Assembly (NCBI GenBank): GCA_044342325.1
Contig: JBIIPZ010000050.1
Coordinates: 1-17,346 of the forward strand
DNA: 17,346 nt
Reading direction: 5' to 3'
DNA from: Terrimicrobiaceae bacterium
Lineage (GTDB): Bacteria > Verrucomicrobiota > Verrucomicrobiia > Chthoniobacterales > Terrimicrobiaceae
The notes under the pieces: generated by a model
What the model saw: the letters and a program-made list of their open reading frames with translations, nothing else
What the model was told of the DNA's origin: nothing
Databases searched by the model: none
Translations under genes and position numbers: made by a program
Shown here: positions 11,621 to 17,346 of the stretch, piece by piece
Layout: each line of letters starts with the position of its first letter
Position numbering within the stretch: the first letter of the stretch is position 1

Positions 11621-13159
11621 ATGTTTCCCGTTCTCCGAGAGGGCGCGTGGATCGTTATTCTTCTCGTGGTCGCATTCGGAGCGTTCACCTGGAACAGGGA
11701 CTCGGTTTTCTTCGACGATGCGATTTATTTTTTGGATGGGGATTGCTTTTCGCGCATGACACGAGTTCGGATGATCGAGGAGGAGGGACTCCGCTCGATC
11801 AGGCATCATGAATGGGAAAACTTCCCTGAGGGAACCACGCCGCATACCACGATGCCGTTGGATGCCTTGATCGCAGGCCTTTCTCAAATTCTGCGTCCTT
11901 TTTCCGAGAGGCATCTGGCTTTGGCCGGGGCGTGGATTTCTCCGCTGCTCGGTGTTGGACTTTTAGTTTTTCTAACGGTGTGGTCTGCAGCGGCGCGCCT
12001 GCCCTATCGTCGTGCGATGCTACTCTTGGTGGCCGTGTCGCCGATCATCGCACATGGCTTCCAGCTTGGTCGTCCTGATCACCAATCGCTGCTCATGCTT
12101 TTGCTTGGCGTTGCTCTCGCCGCCGAGGTGGAGATGTGGAAGGGCAGGGCAAGCGGTTGGCGGTATGCCTCCGCAGGCGCTTGGGCATTGGCTCTGTGGG
12201 TGTCGTTATTCGAGCCGCTCATCCTGCTTGGAGTGGTTCTGCTCGCAAGGGGCCTGTGTCGAGGCCGCCGCTCGCAGGATGAGGCGAAGAGCACAGGGAG
12301 CTCGGCTTGGCCCGTGGCGCTCTTCGTGGCAATCCTCGCAGTCACGCTCTGGATCGATGGATGGCGCGCAGCGGGCTTCCATCCGGCCTTTGCGCGCTGG
12401 GCCTTGAATATCGGTGAACTCCGTAGTGCGGGTTGGGGTGGGATTTTTTCTTGGTGTGGATGGCTCCTCGCGCCTGCGCCTGTGCTCTTAGCCTGGCGCT
12501 GGATTCGGGGCAGAGAAAGGCTCTGCGGGCTTTGGTTGTCACTTGTGGTCGTGACAGCAGGCCTGAGTTTGTATCACGCGCGCTGGGGATATTTTTTGGC
12601 TCTCGTCTTTGCAATGAGCGTGCCATGGATTTTACCCTCGCTGCGAAAGCCCTGGCTGGCGTGGTTAGTTTTTTTCATCTCGCTCTGGCCCGTCGCGGCA
12701 GAGTGGGATAGCAGGCTATATCCGGAAGATGAAGCCCTCCGCGCTCGCGTCGAAAATATCGCCGACGCGGTTGCACTGCGCGAAGCCGCGCTTAGCCTGC
12801 GCGAACGCCCAGTAGGTGGCGTTGTAGCTCCTTGGTGGTTCTGCCCGGCTATCGTCTGGTGGAGCGGCCAACCATGTATCGGCGGAACATCCCACCAAAG
12901 CCTGCCGGGTATTGTGGAGTCGTGCGAATTTTACATCGGAGAAGAGCCTGATCCGGAATTCCTCCAAAAACGCAAAGTGGTCTATATTTTGGTCTACGAG
13001 CCCGATCGCCTCATCTCGAATTCCGAGCAAATCCTCGGTCGGTCAGCCACTGGTCGCACCATTGCCGAGCGTCTTTACGCAGCCCGTGAAGAGCCTCTAG
13101 ACGGTCTAAAAAAGATTTTCGCAAACCGTTTCTTTAAAGTTTACGAAGTCGCCCCGTAG
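11621..13159 (+). CDS. STT3/AglB-like GT-C oligosaccharyltransferase, compact, with a non-canonical WWD motif
   Basis: Many hydrophobic segments followed by a soluble C-terminal domain. In AglB order: DGDCFSRM...ENFPEG, GRPDHQ, NIGEL (TIXE-like), ARWGYF, VVAPWWFCP. Start uncertain (11567, 11591 or 11621). Confidence 0.65.
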   Translation: MFPVLREGAWIVILLVVAFGAFTWNRDSVFFDDAIYFLDGDCFSRMTRVRMIEEEGLRSIRHHEWENFPEGTTPHTTMPLDALIAGLSQILRPFSERHLALAGAWISPLLGVGLLVFLTVWSAAARLPYRRAMLLLVAVSPIIAHGFQLGRPDHQSLLMLLLGVALAAEVEMWKGRASGWRYASAGAWALALWVSLFEPLILLGVVLLARGLCRGRRSQDEAKSTGSSAWPVALFVAILAVTLWIDGWRAAGFHPAFARWALNIGELRSAGWGGIFSWCGWLLAPAPVLLAWRWIRGRERLCGLWLSLVVVTAGLSLYHARWGYFLALVFAMSVPWILPSLRKPWLAWLVFFISLWPVAAEWDSRLYPEDEALRARVENIADAVALREAALSLRERPVGGVVAPWWFCPAIVWWSGQPCIGGTSHQSLPGIVESCEFYIGEEPDPEFLQKRKVVYILVYEPDRLISNSEQILGRSATGRTIAERLYAAREEPLDGLKKIFANRFFKVYEVAP

Positions 13160-13236
13160 CAAAATGGCTGCACTACTTCAAACTCAAAGCCTGCGCAAAA
13201 CTACGCCATGTTAATTTAGATCGGGTATGCCGACGC

Positions 13237-13554
13237 TTAGACCGTCGCCAACTGCGCGGTCGAGGAGGAGCCTCTCTGATTCAGTCTCTGGGCCGCACAA
13301 GCAAGGTCATAATCAAACTGCAGTCCCAGAAAAAAACCTGGCGAAACGCCCAAGGCCCTGCCTAGCAAGATCGAGGTTTCCGCCGTGATCGTTCTTTTGC
13401 CGCGAACGATTTCTGAAATGCGCGCCGGACCGCAACCCATCTGCCGAGCTAGTTCGCGGAGGCTCAATCCCAAAGGTATCAGAAATTCTTCTTGCAGGAT
13501 TTCACCAGGGCGGTTTTCAGCAGGACCGAGCGGAATTTGAGGAAGCTTTTTCAT
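13237..13554 (-). CDS. higA: HigA-family (Xre HTH) antitoxin
   Basis: 105 aa. PGEILQEEFLIPLGLS...ISEIVRGKRTITAET...FFLGLQFDYDL. Starts 2 nt after the higB stop codon. Confidence 0.93.
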   Translation of the reverse strand: MKKLPQIPLGPAENRPGEILQEEFLIPLGLSLRELARQMGCGPARISEIVRGKRTITAETSILLGRALGVSPGFFLGLQFDYDLACAAQRLNQRGSSSTAQLATV

Positions 13555-13556
13555 GG

Positions 13557-13835
13557 TTAATGATAATCTACAATCTCGACCAGCGTTGGCCCCTCCTGAG
13601 TCCACCAGAAGCAAATTCGCCATTGGTCATTGATTCGTATCGAGTATTGCCCGTCTCGGTTGCCTTTGAGCGACTCCAAGCGGTTGCCAGGAGGAACACG
13701 GAGGTCTGTGATGTTAAGCGCTTGATTGAGCATCTGGAGTTTTCGCAGGGCTGGCTTCTTGATTGTGGAGAACTTGCTGGATTTCCCAAACTGCCAGAGG
13801 TGGGCTGTCTCTTTGCAGTAAAAATCCACAATCAC
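13557..13835 (-). CDS. higB: HigB (RelE/ParE superfamily) toxin
   Basis: 92 aa with GTG start. DLRVPPGNRLESLKGNRDGQYSIRINDQWRICF...EIVDYH. Toxin-first gene order typical of higBA. Confidence 0.95.
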   Translation of the reverse strand: MIVDFYCKETAHLWQFGKSSKFSTIKKPALRKLQMLNQALNITDLRVPPGNRLESLKGNRDGQYSIRINDQWRICFWWTQEGPTLVEIVDYH

Positions 13836-13841
13836 AATTTA

Positions 13842-13870
13842 AGCGTATCGCGATACGATACGGTTGCCAA
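13842..13870 (-). promoter_or_regulatory. higBA promoter and palindromic operator
   Basis: TTGGCA (13870-13865), 17 nt spacer, TACGCT (13847-13842), 6 nt, then GTG (13835). Perfect palindrome CGTATCGCGATACG at 13844-13857, plus an extra overlapping half-site CGATACG at 13856-13862. Confidence 0.7.
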
Positions 13871-13946
13871 CAAAAAGTCGTGTGACAATTTCCTCCTTGA
13901 GTGGTATCGAAACAAGGCAAGCGGCCTTTAAAACAGGCTGATTAGC

Positions 13947-14019
13947 GTCCTCATAGCTCAAGTGGATAGAGCGGGGCTCTCCTAAAGCTCAGATGGTGGT
14001 TCGACTCCACCTGGGGACA
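13947..14019 (+). tRNA. tRNA-Arg (anticodon CCT); CCA end not encoded
   Basis: Acceptor stem GTCCTCA/TGGGGAC plus discriminator A; D-arm GCTC/GAGC; anticodon arm GGGCT-CT[CCT]AA-AGCTC with the anticodon at 13981-13983; T-arm GGTGG-TTCGACT-CCACC. Confidence 0.96.
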
Positions 14020-14046
14020 TTTACAACACACGCACGGAGTAATTCT

Positions 14047-14637
14047 TTGAAATTCGACATACCGAACCGCGCATTTGGCGGATACATTTTTGATTGTGAC
14101 GGAACCATCGCGGACAACATGCCGTTGCATTACCGCGCTTGGTCCATGGCCATGGCGGACTTCGGCGGTGAGTATCCCGAGGAGCTTTTTTACGCTTGGG
14201 GCGGGCGTCCCACGGCCGTCATTGTCGGCCTGCTGAACGAAAAATACGGTCTTGCGTTGGATGTGGACGAGACCGTGCAACGCAAGGAAAAATACTATCT
14301 CAGCCTCATCCCCGAAGTCGTTCCCGTGCCCGAGGTGATGGAGATTGTGAAGTCCATGCACGGCACTGTGCCGCTTTCCGTGGCTTCAGGCGGTCACCGC
14401 GAACTCGTCGAAGCCACGCTTGATGTGCTCGGCATCCGCGACTTGTTCCAAGCCATCGTCTGCGCCGAAGATTACGAGCGCGGAAAACCCCATCCCGAAC
14501 CCTTCCTCCTCGCTGCAAAACTCATGTCCGTCCCGCCTGAAGACTGCGTGGTTTTCGAAGACAGCCCCATCGGCATCGAAGCCGCCAAAGCCGCCAACAT
14601 GGCCTGGGTCCATGTGCCGGGGCCGATGGAGAGGTGA
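14047..14637 (+). CDS. HAD-superfamily phosphatase (YqaB/beta-PGM-like)
   Basis: Motif I FDCDGT, motif II VASGG, GKPHPEPF and VFEDS. TTG start at 14047 has GGAG upstream; the track start at 13993 lies inside the tRNA. Confidence 0.92.
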   Translation: MKFDIPNRAFGGYIFDCDGTIADNMPLHYRAWSMAMADFGGEYPEELFYAWGGRPTAVIVGLLNEKYGLALDVDETVQRKEKYYLSLIPEVVPVPEVMEIVKSMHGTVPLSVASGGHRELVEATLDVLGIRDLFQAIVCAEDYERGKPHPEPFLLAAKLMSVPPEDCVVFEDSPIGIEAAKAANMAWVHVPGPMER

Positions 14638-14676
14638 GAGTTATAAGGAATGAAGTAAATATAAGCTTAAGTTAAA

Positions 14677-14838
14677 ATGGCATCCGAACTTCCTCCTGTA
14701 AGCTCATTCAAGTTGCTCATCACTGGGGCAGGAGGAGAAACAGGTTACTGGCTTGGCAAGGAATTAGAAACCTCCAGCAGTAAGTTCATTTTGCTGTTTA
14801 AGTCGTTGGGAAGACTGCCAGCTTCACGGGCAGCATGA
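14677..14838 (+). pseudogene. Probable truncated remnant of an NAD(P)-binding extended SDR/epimerase
   Basis: 53-aa ORF MASELPPVSSFKLLITGAGGETGYWLGKELET... contains a beta-strand followed by the TGxxGxxG Rossmann motif, then stops early. Confidence 0.45.
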
Positions 14839-14968
14839 AGAGGGTATTTGGGAAATCTTAGACGCTTGCGCTCGCGATGAAATTTAATGTGATAATGTCC
14901 GGCCTTCTCTTCATCCAGCCAAGTGTCAGAGTTTCGCAGGCCCGACGAAATAATTACAGACGCTAAAA

Positions 14969-16858
14969 ATGAAACAAGGTGCATTGCTAAAAATTTTAAA
15001 AAGATATGATTGGCTGCTTCCATCTTTTATTCTTTTAGCTGTTAATAATATAGTATTTTATTTTAAGAGGCCAGAGCTTGGTTTTAGTCTTGTTGATTAC
15101 TCATCTAGCATTATCTTAAGTATTTTATTTTGGGGATGGCTTTACTCTTTAGGGTCAATTTTCCCAGAAAGAATATCACATTCTACCAAGGTAGCTGCAG
15201 TCTTTTTATTCGGCTTGTTATCTTCTGTAAACTATCTCGTATACATTGAGTTTGGACAGTTTATATCATTTTCGATGATTTGTTTTTTGAATAAATATCC
15301 GGATTACTATAAATCTTTTGCTCTATTATATCTTAAAGAATATTGGTTTTTATTTCCGATTTTTTCAGGGCCTATTTTGTTTTTTTGGCTACAAAAGTCA
15401 AATCAAGCCCTTAAAAATAATAGTATAATTTATTTCTGTTTAATAACGCCAATTATCTTTTTTTTGACTTTTAAGTATTCTAATATACTTATTAATAAAA
15501 ACATTCTAATGCCAGATATTACGACACTAATTTCATCGGTAAAATACTTGATAAAAAATGAAACCCAAGGATCACAATCCGAAAAACTAGAAAGAGAAAA
15601 ATTAGCAATAAAGCAAACGCAGTATAAAATGCCGGATGTTTATATTATTATGAATGAATCTCTTGGAAGAAAAATATTTAGATTCGATAATTCTGAAATT
15701 TATAATTCATCTATGCCTTTTCTAATGGATTTTGTGAACAAAAATTCAAATGAATGGTTCACATTTAACAACTCACTTTCGAGTAGCACTGCCACGGATG
15801 TAAGCATTCCGTCTTTTGCAACCGGACTTTCTCCAACTGCTGAGAAATCCCTTTATTACAAAATGCCACTAATCTGGAATTTTCTAGAAGCATTATGTCC
15901 TAAATATTACACCATTTTTTCCTCTCCTGTTGACTTCAAGTGGGCGAACTTAGAGAAATTTTTAGATTTAAATAAGTTTGATAAATACATACAAGCCAAA
16001 AATCTTCCTGGAAGCATAATCAATGACCTTGGAAAGGACGAGTTTTATTCAGCTCAGGCATTTGCAAATGCAATTAAAGAAGTGCCTCCAAATCAACCAA
16101 TTTTTGGATTTTATTTTTCAAACTCACTACATTCACCTTTTCAAAATTCCTCCGTATATTTTAACAGCACCAGCACCAGCACCAGCACCAGCACCAGCAC
16201 CAGCACTAACTCTAATTCAACAAGATTCAGTGCTGCGCAAAAAATATTAGACTATGCTATCAAGGATATTATTAATTCTATTATTGATACTGGGAGGATT
16301 AATAATTCTTTAATTTTTATAATAGGTGACCATGGAGAAACCGATAAACCACATGCATCCGGCCATCGCCTGTATTCATTCAGGGAAGAGTATTGGTCTT
16401 CACTATTATTAGTTTATGCATCTAAAAGCATTCAAAACCAATATAAAGAAGAATTCAAATACATGCGATCTAACGCGAATTCCTTAGTCAGCACACTTGA
16501 TATTTATCCCTCACTTATTGATTTGTTCTGTGCTAATGAAAATCTCAGCTGGTTAAAAAACAACCTAAATGGGTTGTCGCTATTCCAAACAATACCAAAT
16601 GACAGAATTCTTATTGGTCTTAGCACGAATTGTCTAAGGTCATGGCCTCAAGAGGGCTTTGGTATTGCAAAAGGACATTCTAGGATGATATATGATAATG
16701 TTAATGGCTTTTTCTTATATGACTTAAAATCTGATCAAAATCAGCAAAATGATATCATTAATTTTATGCAAATAAATGAAAAGGAGGATTACATAAAAGT
16801 AATTAAAAAAAATAATGAAATTTTAAGAGTCTTATCAACAAATGCTGAACTAAAATAA
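14969..16858 (+). CDS. Membrane-anchored alkaline-phosphatase-superfamily transferase (EptA/LtaS/sulfatase-like)
   Basis: About 5 N-terminal hydrophobic segments. Metal and nucleophile motifs IIMNESL, STATDVSIPS (Thr), HSPF, GDHGE and a downstream His (GHRLY). Confidence 0.85.
   Translation: MKQGALLKILKRYDWLLPSFILLAVNNIVFYFKRPELGFSLVDYSSSIILSILFWGWLYSLGSIFPERISHSTKVAAVFLFGLLSSVNYLVYIEFGQFISFSMICFLNKYPDYYKSFALLYLKEYWFLFPIFSGPILFFWLQKSNQALKNNSIIYFCLITPIIFFLTFKYSNILINKNILMPDITTLISSVKYLIKNETQGSQSEKLEREKLAIKQTQYKMPDVYIIMNESLGRKIFRFDNSEIYNSSMPFLMDFVNKNSNEWFTFNNSLSSSTATDVSIPSFATGLSPTAEKSLYYKMPLIWNFLEALCPKYYTIFSSPVDFKWANLEKFLDLNKFDKYIQAKNLPGSIINDLGKDEFYSAQAFANAIKEVPPNQPIFGFYFSNSLHSPFQNSSVYFNSTSTSTSTSTSTSTNSNSTRFSAAQKILDYAIKDIINSIIDTGRINNSLIFIIGDHGETDKPHASGHRLYSFREEYWSSLLLVYASKSIQNQYKEEFKYMRSNANSLVSTLDIYPSLIDLFCANENLSWLKNNLNGLSLFQTIPNDRILIGLSTNCLRSWPQEGFGIAKGHSRMIYDNVNGFFLYDLKSDQNQQNDIINFMQINEKEDYIKVIKKNNEILRVLSTNAELK
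16165..16206 (+). repeat. Hexanucleotide tandem repeat (CAGCAC)7, in frame, encoding (Ser-Thr)7
   Basis: Seven perfect copies counted directly in the sequence. Confidence 0.97.
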
Positions 16859-17091
16859 ATACTTTTTAAAAACGTATATAGAAATTCTGGTTCTTCGTCA
16901 TTTTCACTGGGAGGTTTCTCAAATTTTTCATCATAAGAAGTCATGCCATTCGCTGAATCGCGAAGGCTGGATCTCTTTCCCCGCAGTAAAGAGAACCCCA
17001 AGTCTTCTCAAGACCCCTCCAGTCTCCGGCCTATGCCAAGCGGAAAAGCAGAGGGCGAGGCCAAGCTTTTTGCCCCAGAGAGGGGAGCAAA

Positions 17092-17346
17092 ATGAAGCTT
17101 GAGGGGTATGTGCAGGCAAGTTTTTCCAGCACTCCAGCGCAGTCAAAGGTTCCTATTTCATTCCGCGAAGATAAAATTTGTTTCATGACCGAGGATTATT
17201 CTCTCTGGCCTTTGCTTGAATTGCCACGCAATCTATGGTCGATTGTTAATTGTAAAAACAGCATTTCAAACGATTCCATTCAAGATCTCTACGGCTTCAT
17301 CTCGAATGTGCTGCTGGCCGCGCAAATTTTTTTCTGTAAAAGTGGC
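17092..17346 (+). CDS. Hypothetical protein, partial (runs off the window end)
   Basis: ATG at 17092 preceded by GGGGAG. 85 codons open to the edge (MKLEGYVQASFSSTPAQSKVPISFREDKICF...). No recognisable motif. Confidence 0.4.
   Translation, partial: MKLEGYVQASFSSTPAQSKVPISFREDKICFMTEDYSLWPLLELPRNLWSIVNCKNSISNDSIQDLYGFISNVLLAAQIFFCKSG

Larger units (their letters stand above)
14638..16940. other. AT-rich, probably horizontally acquired segment
   Basis: Abrupt shift after the HAD stop codon from GC-rich to AT-rich DNA. By eye it is roughly 30% GC in the large CDS versus 55-60% in the core genes (not computed). Boundaries are approximate. Confidence 0.7.

Noticed and set aside
13557..13835. Possibility that the RelE/ParE-fold toxin is a gyrase-poisoning ParE, given its proximity to gyrBA
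   Set aside because: Its motifs (SIRINDQWRI, C-terminal DYH), the toxin-first order and the HigA partner indicate a ribosome-dependent RNase of the HigB type.
13993..14046. Longer HAD start overlapping the tRNA
   Set aside because: It begins inside tRNA-Arg, whereas TTG 14047 has a GGAG ribosome-binding site.
16023..16250. Alternative-frame ORF with an (AP)n tract
   Set aside because: It is only the CAGCAC repeat read out of frame inside the 629-aa CDS.
13947..17346. tRNA-anchored integrative element or prophage
   Set aside because: No integrase, no duplicated tRNA 3' end seen, and a host-like HAD gene separates the tRNA from the AT-rich DNA.

Overview
Bacterial chromosomal window, probably Verrucomicrobiota (inferred from protein style, not verified). 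Bases 1-11.4 kb are a co-oriented minus-strand run of DNA topology and repair genes. In transcription order they are gyrB, a Phd/YefM antitoxin, a PIN (VapC) toxin, gyrA, an intrinsic terminator, recQ, uvrC, xseA and a partial AlbA_2/Schlafen-domain gene. An intact toxin-antitoxin pair sits inside the gyrase operon, with its own predicted leaderless promoter and operator overlapping the gyrB stop codon. Divergent from gyrB is a compact STT3/AglB-like oligosaccharyltransferase that keeps most catalytic motifs but has WWFCP in place of WWDYG. It is followed by a higBA module (minus strand), tRNA-Arg(CCT) and a HAD phosphatase. The window ends in an AT-rich, probably acquired segment containing an SDR gene remnant, a membrane-anchored EptA/LtaS-like transferase with an in-frame (CAGCAC)7 repeat, and a partial ORF. 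All calls come from reading motifs by eye; no database searches were run.
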